This document shows positions 12,046-24,030 of a stretch of DNA of 64,000 bases, piece by piece. The DNA is from Lama guanicoe. Its lineage: Eukaryota. The notes beneath the pieces were generated by a model. It searched no databases, was not told the DNA's origin, and worked only from the letters and a program-made list of their open reading frames with translations. The stretch covers positions 2,093,818 through 2,157,817 of the forward strand of contig MU053561.1 in assembly GCA_013239625.1 (NCBI GenBank). The letters are read 5' to 3'. The position numbers were made by a program, and so were the translations under genes. The number at the start of each line of letters is the position of its first letter. The first letter of the stretch is position 1.

Positions 12046-12315
12046 ATGCACCTCTTCCTTCCAGCCTTTACATCTGTCTCTGTGAGCATTGCCTGAATGA
12101 ATAAGCATCCTCTGATCCACCTAGCTCTGGGACACAGATCCAGACAATTCTCTGAAGCCTATAAGTTGGAGGACAAGGAAATGGATTCTTGAGAAGCTTT
12201 GAGGGTGGAGGCCATCCAGCTGGCCCCACCCTGCCAGGACTCTATATTCTTGGTCAGGTGACAATTTTCCTCTTCAAAATCCTTAGACTGGACACTGAAT
12301 GGACGATGTTTGGTG

Positions 12316-12477
12316 AAAAGAAAGAAAGAAGAAAGAAAAGAAAGAAAGAAAGCAAAGAAAGGGGTAGAGAGAGAAAAAAGGAAAGAAAGGAAGGAAAAAG
12401 AAAGAAAAAGAAAAAGAGGGAGGGGAGAGAAAAGGAAAGAAAGAAGGAAGGAAGGAAGGAAAGAATGAAGGAAGAAA

Positions 12478-12517
<40 letters not shown>

Positions 12518-12616
12518 AGGAAGGAAGGAAGGAAAGAATGAAGGAGAGAAAAGAAAGAAAGAAGAAAGAAAAGAAAGAAAGAAGAAAGAAAAGAAAGAAA
12601 GAAAGGAAGGAAGGAA
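12316..12616. repeat. Polypurine (GAAA/GGAA) block A
   Basis: Almost pure A/G on the + strand. Confidence 0.95.
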
Positions 12617-12666
12617 GGGACCCGGCCTGGCTTACCTCCAGCACCTACAGCTCCGATGTGATGTGA

Positions 12667-12773
12667 CAATGAATACATGTATATTCATGTATAACTGAAA
12701 AATTGTGCTCTACACTGGAAATTGACACAACATTGTAAAATGACTATAACTCAATAAAAAAAGTTTAAAAAAA
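12667..12773 (+). mobile_element. Severely 5'-truncated younger L1 3' end with polyA signal and tail
   Basis: caatgaatacatgtatattcatgtataactg...ttgacacaacattgtaaaatgactataactcAATAAAaaa; homologous to the 3' end of the L1 at ~48860-48958. Confidence 0.85.
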
Positions 12774-13160
12774 GAAAGAGAAAGAAAGAGGGAGGGGAGG
12801 GAGGGAGGGGAGGAGAGAAAAAGAAAGAAAAAAGAAAGCAAAGCAAGAAAGAAAGCAAAGAAAGGGGTGGAGAGAGAAAAAAGGAAAGAAAGGAAGGAAA
12901 AAAGAAAAAGAGGGAGAGAGAAGGAGGGAGGGAGGGTGGAGGAAAGAAAGAAGAAAAAGTAAGAGAGAGGAAGGGTGAGTGAAAAAGAGAAAGAAAAGAA
13001 GGAAGAAAGAGAAAGAAATAAAACGAGAAAGAAAGGGGAGGGGAGGGAGGGGAGGGAGGGGAGGAGAGAGAGAGAAAGAAAGAAAGGAAAGAAAGGAAGG
13101 AAGGAAGAAAGGAAGGAAGGAAGAAAAGAAAGGAAGGAAGAAAAGAAAGAAAGAAAGGAA
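12774..13160. repeat. Polypurine (GAAA/GGAA/GGGA) block B
   Basis: Almost pure A/G on the + strand; shares a ~55-bp internal segment with block A. Confidence 0.95.
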
Positions 13161-13719
13161 GGGACCCGGCCTGGCTTACCTCCAGCACCTACAGCTCCGA
13201 TGTGATGTGAAGAAGGTACGGTGTGTGGCCGGGCTGCCCAGCACATCATGGGGCTGGCTGCATATAATGACAGTGTCCCAGAGCTGGCGCTTGTGTAACA
13301 GGCGGATTTACTGAGAGGGGACGACTGTTTGCTCAGCAGCCGAGAAGTCTATAATTAGACTGTCACAACATCAGCAAAAGTACAGGATCAATGTAATCAG
13401 AGAAGAAATGGAAAAGAACACGGCATCGGTCAAAGTCTCCAGTGGGTCCCCGTGGTTTCCGGAGCGCTAATCGCCCCGGCGGTTCAACGTCCCGCTTGTA
13501 GGTTTCCTCCTGGTGATGAGCAGGTTGGGTGGGGCCTGTCCTGACTGCCCTCGTCCCACCCAGCTCTGCCTCCTCTCCCCCTTTCCCCTTCCTCTGCTCA
13601 CTCAGGCTTAGGGATGAGAGTCCCAAGGAGGAGGGACCTGCGCCCCAGACCCAGAGGCCAAGGCACCGCCAGTCCTCATGACGTGCATGTGTGTGGGAGT
13701 GGAGGAGGGCCAGCTACTT

Positions 13720-13822
13720 TTAAATGCAGATCCCTGGCCCTACTGGGTCGGCGCCTAAGAATCTGCACTTGGTACATCCTCAGGGGACTCTGTGCAGGCC
13801 GAAGCTCTAAGAGCACCAGGCT
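13720..13822. mobile_element. MER5-like hAT-Charlie fragment
   Basis: taaatgcagatccctggccc...cctaagaatctgcact...aagagcacca. Confidence 0.55.
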
Positions 13823-15231
13823 GAGCCATCCTCCTGCCCCACGGCCAACACTCCCTCTCGCTTCTGCTCTGACACCGGCATGGCTACCGCACAGTCAGGA
13901 TGGCAGCAAGACTGGGGACAGCCACGGTGAAAGGGCCAAAGCCAAGGAATGATAATGGGCCTCTTATTTTCTTTTTAATCACATTAAGAACTCCAAGCTG
14001 CAGACGCGTTTATCCCGTTAATCCTCGTGACATCTGATCTAGGGGGTATGGCCAGTGTCTTTAGTTTCTTTCCACGAAGTAGATCTGGGCCCAGATCTGC
14101 CTGTGAAGGATCTGGATCTGAGGACTTCTAGTCTCCCTGAGCCTGATCCTCCTAGACAGGAATCACTAGATTTCCTAAATCTGTGGATTTTTACTCTATT
14201 TCTTACACAATTTTTAACACAAACAAGTTGCAGTGGATAAACAATCAGAAAGTTCAGAGAAAGAAATAAATCCGGGATCTCACAGCTGAGGCTTTGGCGT
14301 TTACCCTTCCACACTCGTGCAAGTGTGTAGGTACACACTCACACACACGTGTTCTAAGCAGACGGCACACTCGCACATGGCAATGAGGAGCGCTTGGTGT
14401 AGGAACCATTTACCTAGCTGTGGGCAAGGTCCAGCGAAAGCGTAACGGGATGGGCAGCCCTGAAGGGCGAGCGGCAGGCAGCGAGCCATTTCCACCCTAC
14501 GCCTGAAGGGATAAGAGGAGGCGGCTCCCAGGACCTGGGGAGCCTCGCTGCAGCTAAGAGAGGGCTGCCTAACAGGAGCGGCAGCCTCTGGTTGAAAAGC
14601 AGTCAGCTCCCCGGAGGGAGGGAGCTGGAGGGAATCTGCCTGAGCCTGACTGCTGTTCCTCTCTTGCCCCCCCAGAGTCGGAAGGCGGGTGGGTACACTG
14701 GCTAGAAGGCAGCCTCCCTGAGACACAGAGCGGGGAGTTAGGATGGAGAGGGGGTCTGTAGGGGCCAGTAGAGACTGTCTGACATTGTTTCCTGAGTGCA
14801 TTTTTGAACACACTGATTGGTTTGGAATTTCTAGAATTCCAGATCTAGAAAATGCAGTGTTCCAAGTTAATTCTCTCCTTGATGACAACAGTAGATGAGT
14901 TAACTGCTACCTTGTGCTGTTGCCCCCAACACCATGAGTTAGGAGCCCAGGCTGCTGGCTCTGACTTCTCTGTTTGCTCATCTGAGGCAGAATCAGCTCT
15001 TCAGGTATTCAGCCAACTTGGCCTCCTCCATGATGTAAGACACGGCCCTGGGGACCACAGACACTGGCTGCCAGGAACTTACAACCTCATGGTGGGCTTC
15101 AGAGCACAGCACAGTATCCATTAACCAGGCGGATGGGCAAGCCCATGAGGAAGGCACCAAGGTCTACACTCACAGTGGTGGGTTAGTCATAAAAGCTAAT
15201 ATTTTAGCCCAACAGTAATTAATATTCATTA

Positions 15232-15455
15232 ATAACAGGTAATGTTTACTATATACTGGTCTGTTCTAAGTGCTTTATAGGTACTTATATTATTTAATCT
15301 CCCAATAGTCCCAGGAGGTAGGTTGTATTATTAGCTCCATTTTCTAGCTGAAGAAACAGGCATGGAAAAGTTAAATAACTTACACAGAAACTGAAGCATG
15401 GAAAGATGAAATGGTGAAGCCAGAGTTTGAACCCAGGCAGTCTGATTCAAAACCC
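15232..15455 (-). mobile_element. MIR SINE
   Basis: ctgttctaagtgcttta...atttaatctcccaa...ccattttctagctgaagaaac...gagtttgaacccaggcagtctg. Confidence 0.8.
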
Positions 15456-15770
15456 CATTTTCTCAAAAATCTATGTTCTATTCCTGTGAGTCTGGGATCA
15501 AAATTATTTTGATAATAATACTAAGTCATCATTTGCCTTTTGAATTCTCATTCTCTCACAAGCACACAGGGAAGCTTCCAGAGGCTGCATGACATGTGAG
15601 GACATCACTCAGGCTATTGGAATGTGTGCTGTGTGTTCTGTGTTTTAAATTTTCTCGGTGTGAACTTCTAATACAGTAAATGCCAATAGATACACACAGA
15701 AAAGCTTTCCAGGGTCCTCCAGGAGGTCTGTAAAAGGGGTCTTAAGACACCAAATTTTGAGAACCACTGC
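15456..15770. mobile_element. hAT-Charlie DNA transposon remnant (Charlie1-like)
   Basis: caaaattattttgataataatactaag...ggggtcttaagacaccaaattttgagaaccactg terminus. Confidence 0.65.
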
Positions 15771-16117
15771 ACCACTCTGTTCCTTTGGGGTTCAGAGGAG
15801 GGGATCCCATTGGATTATGAGATCCAATTTATGATCACTAGTTTCCTCGCCTAAATCATAGAGCAATGTAAAGCAGATTCTACACTAGAAAATTACAGAG
15901 CCCCAAAGAACCCAGAAAGGTCAATGGCTCACTTTCTTGGTTTGGGGATGATGGCTCCAGGTGGGCTGCAGGCTTCCCACCCCCTGGCTGCATCATGGGC
16001 CTGCCGATGGCCAGGGTGGGCTGCTTGGGGATGGTGCAGGACCCCTGGGCAAAGTCTAGGTCACATCAGGGTTTGCAGTTCTCCAGAAGTGAGAGTCTCT
16101 GGTTTCAAGATCACAGC

Positions 16118-16257
16118 AGTAATATCTGTCATCTCATTTGGGAGGGAGAGTGGAAGTTTGAGGCTTCGTGATTTTCAGTAGAAGGATATCATTTTAATTC
16201 TCTGTCAAGATATATAAAACATGATTCAATGTGCCGTAATCTTTTCAGTCTATGAAA
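16118..16257. repeat. Left arm of a long-range inverted repeat (partner 22241-22380)
   Basis: About 121 of 141 columns identical to the reverse complement of 22241-22380 by hand alignment. Confidence 0.9.
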
Positions 16258-16410
16258 TGGAGAGTAATTACTTCTTAATTAGTGAATATTGGGAATTATA
16301 GCAAATGAATTTTAGCCAATCGTGGGAAAAGACTATAATCTAACACTAGGGATGGCATAAAATAATTGCTATTCTTTACTTGAAAGTGAAGATATAATAG
16401 AAAAATGTAC

Positions 16411-16875
16411 ATAGTGGGAATTCTTGGCCAGTGTGCAGCACCCATGTCTCCTTCCCTGACTGGGGAGCCGCCATGTTGCTTGGGTAGAATTGATATGGAC
16501 ACCCCAGTGTCCTATTGATGGGCCTAAGCCCATTAGTGTAATTCCATCCCTTGCCCTTGATCAGCTGGGATAAGAAGTTCTCTCAAGCTTATGTTCAGTG
16601 GTTGGAGGAAGGAAAGCCACAAATGCTCAACTTTCTGGAGAGGATGATGTGGAGATGTGAGTCCTGGGATGGTTGTTGGCATTTTGCTGCCACAAGAGAG
16701 GCCAAGGTGTGATGAAGTCTACACACCAGCAAGGGCAGTGCCAAAGACTCAGGGACAAACAATCCAGAAGACCACCCCACCATGAAACTCCTCTCTTCCA
16801 GAAGCCCAGGACTCCCTGTGTTTAAGCAAATTGAACTGTATTTTCTAAATACTTAACAATCAGAGCATCTGATAT
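16411..16875 (+). mobile_element. MaLR solo LTR (MLT1J/K-like)
   Basis: ggcattttgctgccacaagagag internal motif; terminus tgtttaagcaaattgaactgtattttct...tgatata. Confidence 0.55.
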
Positions 16876-17289
16876 AATTAAACAACTTTTTTCCAACTCA
16901 AATACTATCAGATAGAAAAAAGTGAAACTGTCATGTTGACCAAAGAGTGTCAAATCTGACAATTTAAGGACAATCCTGATTTTCTATCACCTTCCCTCAA
17001 GCCAACCTTCCAAACCTTCATGGTCCCAAAGTCCCTTGGCCCCACCTTCCATGTAGGCATTTCCTATACTAGTTTTGCTTTCCAAATAAAATTTTCCTTC
17101 CCTCTTTTATTGCATAGTGACCACACACCAGATACTTCAGCCTCAACAGTGGAAGCCCCTCCAGTGTGAAGGAACACGGGGGCCTGGAAGGACAGCACCA
17201 AGTGCATCGCGACGATCAGTTAAGCCGACTCGAGTTCCACCTCTCTGCGGCAGAACAAAGGCAGCAGGGTGGGGGCCAGGACCCATCTG

Positions 17290-17485
17290 ATGGTTAGAAG
17301 GATGGGCTCCCAGCTCTGACTAGCTGGGTTCGAGTCCCAGCTCTGCCTGTCTCTCCGGGAGAGTTATCTGACCTCGCCGCTAAGCCTCAGCTTCCTTATC
17401 TCAAGATAACAAGATGGTGATAATAAGGGGACCTCTCACCTCTGAGTGTTGCGAGGATTAAATGAGCTAATGAATGCACCGTGCA
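17290..17485 (+). mobile_element. MIR SINE
   Basis: ctgggttcgagtcccagctctgcc...gcctcagcttccttatct...gaggattaaatgagctaat. Confidence 0.8.
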
Positions 17486-19261
17486 TTTGCAGGGCAAACA
17501 GAACTTTTTCCAAAAGTGTCAGAGACAGTCCAGGAGACCTCCCCTCGCTGGGACTCAGTTTCCTCTCCTGACAAAGGAGGACCTGCTGGCCTTGGCAGAG
17601 AGAGGAGCTGAGGGATCTTTCATTGAGCAGCAAGGGCAGAGCTCTCCTGCACAGGGTGGCCTCCCTGCCCTTGGAAATGATGCAGGGGCCACCTGTCAGG
17701 TGACCTCTAGGGCCTTCAGGGACCCGTGTTTATTTGGTTTTGGTTTTGGTTTAAATGTAACCACTGCAGCAGACAGAAACAGGACCACGCATGCTGGTCC
17801 TCACATACACGGCACATCAGGACTGGATGTGCAGAGAGCGTGGGTTTGAGGTTCTAAAATCCTGCATCAGCATCATGCCTCCTGCTGGGCCAGTGGGGCT
17901 CATCTGTAAATGGGGCTTGTCCTCCCCGTCTCCCAGAGGGCCCGTGAAGATGACAGAAAATTAACCCATGGGCCGTGGGAACGTGCCTGTCACATCTGGG
18001 TGCCTCGTCAATACTGTCCCCTTCCTCCTTCTGGAGCCTGAGGCCACCAGCCCCCACTGCAGTGAGGAAGAGAGCTGGAGAGAGAGCCCCTGAGGATGCA
18101 AGTGAATAAGCTCTCTCACTACACTTGAGCTGGAAGGCTGCTGGGGTCCGGGGGAGACCGGCTTCTCCACTGAGACCCTAGACGGGACAGCGCCCGGGAC
18201 CCAGGGAGCTAGCACATCATGGCAGCCCTAGGGACCCATTTTCCTAATGGCCCTCTCAGCGATGTAGCGATGCTTTCTGTTAGCTTGTGAGACTTGGCGA
18301 CCCTTTTCTCTAGAGCTCCCCACCCTTAGCTTCCCAAGGCCTCTGCTATCTAAGATCCAAAGTCCCAGAGGAAGACTCTGAGGGGGAGGTTGGCACCAGC
18401 GACTCTGTGTGGGCCCCTTCTCTCTGGTGGCTTCCAGGCTGGCCTCCCCGGGCCAGGTGCTCTCAGCCGAGGTCCCAGGGATGGGATCACAGGGCACAGG
18501 TGCTCAAGGGACAGCAGAGGTGGGCCAAGAGCCTGAAGCTGCACAGCTGGATGGGGCCGTCAGCTTCAGGGACAGCGGCGTCAGACGTGGGCTTCTTCCC
18601 AGGGCTGCGTCCACCCTCCTTTCTCATTGTCTTGTTCCGGGCAGCTCCACCCCAGGCCAAGCTCCCAAAGCTCAAGGGCTTGTGCTGTTCGAGCCTGGAG
18701 CTGTCATGGCCTGTCTCCCAAAGGGCTTGTTTCCGTATGAAAGAGTCATCACAGGTCTGGTGCTTGCAGGTGGTACTGAGGTTTGGTAGCCACGTCAGAC
18801 CTAACAATACGTACCAATGAGCAGAGGGTGAGATGCTGCTGTGGCCCGGCCTGCGGGGAGCAGGCTTCCTGTGTTTAGCAGTCTGTTTCTGAGCTGTCTT
18901 GTTTACAATCACATCCACCCTGGTGTGGTGACACCTGTCCCTCATTCTTGCTGCTGGGGGCTGGGAGGCGTGAATAACTGACAGTCACAGCCCCGCGGAA
19001 TCATCCCCAGTCACCGCGACCCAGAAGATGCTCCGGTTGTTGTACTGAATCAGCAGGGAGGACTGTCCCCGTACTGGGGACAAGGCTGCCCCCTGTGAGG
19101 AGAGGGGCCCAGGGCAGGCTGGGATCGGACCTGGTGCCAGTCACCTGAGGAGAAGGTGTGCCTCTCACATTAGAAACAGCTGAGCTCCCAGGAGGATGCC
19201 TACCCCTGGAGTCTTGACCTGAAGTCCCATCTGTGGGTGTTAACTTTCCTCCTTCATTTAG

Positions 19262-19455
19262 GACCTTGTTCTTCAAACTTTGAGACCATTGGAACACCTC
19301 GGGTACTTGTTAAAAAGGCAGGTTCCCATGGCCCCAACCCCAGAGGCTCTGAACCTACAGCTCTGAGGTGGGACTCAGGGGTCTTTTATTTCGACAAGCC
19401 CCCCTCCAAGTAGTTGCTCCAGATGACCGAGGACCATATCTAAGGAAATCTGGTC
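19262..19455. mobile_element. MER5-like DNA transposon
   Basis: gttcttcaaactt...cttgttaaaaaggcaggttcc...ccccaaccccagag. Confidence 0.6.
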
Positions 19456-19459
19456 TAAG

Positions 19460-19660
19460 AGGAAGGTTTTGGCATCAGGTACACTTGGATTCGCAATCTG
19501 GCTCTGCCACTTGCTGGCTGTGTGGCTTTTGGCAAGCCCTTTCATGTCTTTGTGCCTCAGTTTTCTCTTCTGAGAAATGGGAACAATAATATGAACCTCA
19601 CTGGGGCATTAGGAAGAATAAATGAAATAAATAAGGTGCTGCTCTCAATGCCTGGGAAGG
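19460..19660 (+). mobile_element. MIR SINE
   Basis: ggctctgccacttgctggctgtgtggctttggcaag...tgtgcctcagttttctcttctg. Confidence 0.8.
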
Positions 19661-22240
19661 ATAGGCAAGGATGACGGAGCCTGAGTGAAAACTCACTTGC
19701 AGAACCGGGCTTGTCAAGAGAGACGCTGCCAAAACAAAAGGTCATTCTCGTGTCCTGAAGACACACTGGTGTTGGCTGCTGCATTCAGAGTCCCCACTGA
19801 TAAACAAAATAATCCTAATGCACCCTCACCTCAGGCACACTCCCACCCTCCTCCTTTCTCTTTCAACTGGACCAGCCCTCTGCCTGGAAGTCCCCGTGCT
19901 CCACTGCCTGTTCCACAAAGGGCTTGTCCCTGCGCGACCCCCACAGTCCACAGAACACCTGTCAGCAGGGCGTCTGTGCTCGCTGCTGACATCACAATGG
20001 TACGGCCGCCCCAGGCACCACCCTGAGTACTCTTAGGTCTTAGACTTCTGGTTTTTCAAGTAGTATTCCAAGAACAGGTATCCAGCCTTCGGAAAAATAT
20101 GATATTTTTGTGTGGTCAAATATGTGGGCTCACTGAGAGAGCAGACGAATCCGTTCTTTGGCTGATCCTGTATACATGAATATTTGAGAATTGTTACTTT
20201 ATACAGAGGGTCTGGTAACTCCCAAACTCTGCTAAATTTAACGTTCAAGGGTTAGAATGTTACATTAAAATCTTCCAAAGCTCTGTTGTCCTTGTTGTGA
20301 ATAATGATTATCATTGTAGCTGAGAACCCCCTAAATAGCATGTCTAATCATTAGAATTCAGGGTCAGCCGGCTTCTACCTCATTAATCTTAAAGCCCTGG
20401 CAGACATCCAAGAATTGTGTCTACCCCACACAAAACCAGCCGGGGACCTGGCTGGGGAGGGTTCAGAGACCTGGGTTCCAGTCTTGACTCTCTTGACCTT
20501 GCTGTGTGACCTTGGGCAGGCTGTTTCAGAGCTTTGGGGTTCTCATCCACACAGCGGTGGGTGGGGGTGGTCATCCCTGTCTCACGCCCTTCTAGCCTAG
20601 AGTCCGTGTGTCTGGGTGAGCTGGCCTTCACGTTTCCGCAGAATGACGCTTGGTCTCGGTTCTAGTTTAACAGGCCAGAGGGCGGTTAGAACCCATCCTC
20701 GCTGCCAACGATCCACTACAAAATACATTTCTGTTTGTTTTGCACTGAACAAATTCCCCAGGGCAGCCATCCGAGCGGAGCAGAGTCGGTGGTAATGGAG
20801 AAAGCCCAAGATGAGGACGTAGTTTCCAGCATCAAGAGCATTAGCCAAGCCTTCCTGACGCCAGGGCCGGGAGAGGAAGAGTGGACAGCTCCCCCAGGCA
20901 CCCACTCTGTTGGCCTGACCTGGGCCTCTGGCCACCGTACTGGCAGAGTCCCTGCTTCTCCAGCATCGTATAGAGGAGACTCGGCTCTGAGGGGGTGGCC
21001 GCGCAGCCCCGGGTCCCTGCCACCCACCACACCCCTGCCTTGTGGTGCATGTCCAGGACAGCAAGGCCAGCTTCTCCAGGACGGCACTTGGTAACATCAG
21101 CCAGAGGGTGAGGGCTCAGTGTGGCTTGTCCCTCCATCCATCAGGCTTCGGTGGGACCCTGGTCACACTGAGGAAGGAGAGGCGGGGGTGGGGAGCAAAG
21201 CTGGCCTGCCTCTTCTGTTGGGTTTGCCCCATCTCACACTCGTCCTCGCTCCTGTTTGCCCCTGGCTGGGTCTGGCCCTAAGCTGCAGAGAAGTAGCAGC
21301 TGGAAAGGGGGAGAGGCTGCCGGAGCAGTGGTAGCCATGTTTACAACAGTGGTCTCCAGTTATCTCGTGCTCTGGGAACTGTACCAAGGGCTCTTTCCGG
21401 GAGGTAGGGTCTGTTTTTTCACATGGACAAACTGAGACAAGGGAGATTAAATGACACGTCAGAGCCCAGGGCTAGTAAACCAGGAGAAAGGACTTGAAGA
21501 GCTGGCCACTACTGAAGAGCAACGCCTTTCTAGAGTTGTCGAGGGCAGGGCGTCCTCCAGATACCTCCTGTGCAGCTCGGGCACCCCCACCCCACCCCCG
21601 GAGCTTGCTACCTGGAGGGAAGCAGACTTCTCCTTTGAGAAGTTTCCACGACCGCCCCAGTGTGACCACGTTCATTCTTTTGCTCCTGAGAGACTTGAGT
21701 GCCGCAGTCTTGGCTGGAAGCTGCAGGCAGGGGACACAGCCTCTGTCCTCTTAGAAGCAGCTTTGTAAATGCTCCCCAGGCCACCAACAAGGGGACTGTT
21801 AGAAACATCATTTCTTGAACCCACCTCACACCTTCTAAATCAGAATCTTAAGCAGCCAGAGGGTCCCTTTGGGAAGCCTTAGAGTGGGGAACACGAGCTT
21901 CAGGGTGGAAAGACGGGCTCTGCCACTCAGCCGGCCACACAACCCTCAGAACTTTTGTTTCCTCTGTAAAATGCGGGTCGTGATGGCTATCTCATGCCTC
22001 CCCCCACAGCTCCATCATGCGGGTGGAATGGGATCGCGACTGTGACAGCTTTTTCATGCCCTGTAATAACCTTTCTGAACTTTCAAACTAAGGGCTCCAC
22101 ATGCATTATCTGCATTTTTTAGATACACAAAAGGGAGTACAGAGAAGCTCAAGAACGGCCCAGGAACCTGCTGTTCAGAGGCAGCAGGCCCAGGCTTGCT
22201 CTTGGCCCCGTCTGAGTCAGAATTGTCGCCTCCCTTTCCC

Positions 22241-22380
22241 TTTCATAGACTGAAGAGACAAGGGCACCTTGCTATCATGTTTTATAAACCTTGACAGAGG
22301 ATTAAAGTGACACCCTTCTGCTGAAAGCACAAAGCCTCAAACTTCCACTCTCCCTCACAAATGAGATGACAAATATTATT
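22241..22380. repeat. Right arm of a long-range inverted repeat (partner 16118-16257)
   Basis: Reverse complement reads ...gtcatctcatttgtgagggagagtggaagtttgaggctt...tataaaacatgat...ttcagtctatgaaa, as in the left arm. Confidence 0.9.
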
Positions 22381-23689
22381 GGTGTCATACAAATGCAACA
22401 TAATGGTGATTCCAGACCCACGGCGAGGCCAGCCCCGCATTCCAGAAACCAGGGTGGAGAGGAGATGCTCCGCAGGAGTGTGACAGCCGCTCCCCTCAGA
22501 ACTGAGCCTGACAAACGTCTCCTGCTGCTGGAACCTGCCACCTCGGTCACTGAGGAGGCGGGGCGGGGGGGGGCTGTGCCATGGCTCTGCCTGCAGACGG
22601 GGAGCACCAGGTGGCTCGAGTCTTCAGTCAACCCTGAGTCCATGCTCTGGGCTGTGGCTTCAACTGCCGCCTCCATCCCACGTTTGGTCGGAAGCATCGC
22701 CAAGGAGCAGGGAGACATGGAATCAAAATGGCAGCACCCACTGACAACCTGCTGCCCAGCTCCTCACAGCTGAGTCAAGCTCACCACTACTAGGCCTTCA
22801 GCCATGCCGTCCCCCCCCATACTGGGGGCCTTAGCGACCTTCCCGAGAACCCAGACAGGGGCCAGGGTGTTCAGACCCTCCTGGGAACCCCATTCTGCTC
22901 TTGTGCTTATATTTTCAAGTACCAGTCCTTCCAGGTCCTACTTTGTAATTAACACGTTATTATTTTGTAATAATGTTAGTTACAAAGGAGTTGTTACTAT
23001 TTGCCGGGCATCGTGTGGCGCCTCTGCTTGCGTTACCATAGGGAACCATCACAACTAGGACACTGTCATCCCCATGGAACAGACGAGGAAGCAGGAGCAG
23101 AGACAGGAAGCGATTAGCCATGTTCAGTGAGCTGGTAAGTGGCAGGGGGGGAAGTGAGCCAGGGCTGCTGGGCGCCCACGCCACACAGACACGGCCACGG
23201 TCCTGGGCTCCTGGTCTGATACTCGGCTCCCATGCAGACTGCCCTCCTAGAGATCAGGGTGCGGGCCCCGTGCAGAGACCCCGAGACCCCACGTCCCCAC
23301 CTGCCCGGACTCCACTCCTTCTCCCTTCCCCTGGACCCCCACTCTGTCCATTCCCACGGCCCCGCCCAGCTCGCCTGCCTCCTCAGCTGGGCCCCACGTA
23401 TTTCCAAAGCCTCCCAACCTGTCTCCCAGCATCCAGCTTTCTCAGCTTCAATCCGACCTCTGGTGGCTGCCAAAGGACTCCTCCTGAATCATTCCTGCTC
23501 CTTCCTCAGCAGGACATTCCAGCCCCAGCCTCAGGTGATGGAGTCAGGTCCAGACTTCGGTCTGGCATCCCAGGCCTCACATTCTGACCTGAACCCACTC
23601 CCGCCACTGCCCCCTTCAGTCCGGCTGTGTCTGCCTCCTCCCTGCGCCTCACCTCTGATTTCTCCCTTCAGTCACACTGATGCATAGAT

Positions 23690-24030
23690 CGCTCACTTAG
23701 CCGCTCAACAATATCTACTGAACACCTGCACATGCGGAGCATCGTTCAGGCACTGTGGGGGTCAAAATGCCCAGCTCCTGTCACATGGATCTTGCAGCTT
23801 TGTTAAGGAGACAGAGTTTGGTGTCTTTGAGGAGCTGAGAAACCCAGGTGGTGGTGCAGGGGACTCTGGGATGCGAGGCTTGAGAGACAGTGGAAGAAGG
23901 CAGCAGGGCCTGGGTCAGTCAGGTGCCTCCAGGCCACACAGAAAGCTCCACGTGACTCCTGGTACCAAAGGAAAGCACGGGAGGGTTTTAAGCAAAGTGT
24001 GACATGATCCAGTTTCACAAATACTGCTGT
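23690..24030 (-). mobile_element. L2 LINE 3' fragments
   Basis: ctcaacaatatctactgaacacctgc; ggagggttttaagcaaagtgtgacatgatc. Confidence 0.6.

Noticed and set aside
12159..13314. Long K/E/R-rich and F/L/S-rich ORFs
   Set aside because: Artefacts of translating stop-free polypurine and polypyrimidine repeats
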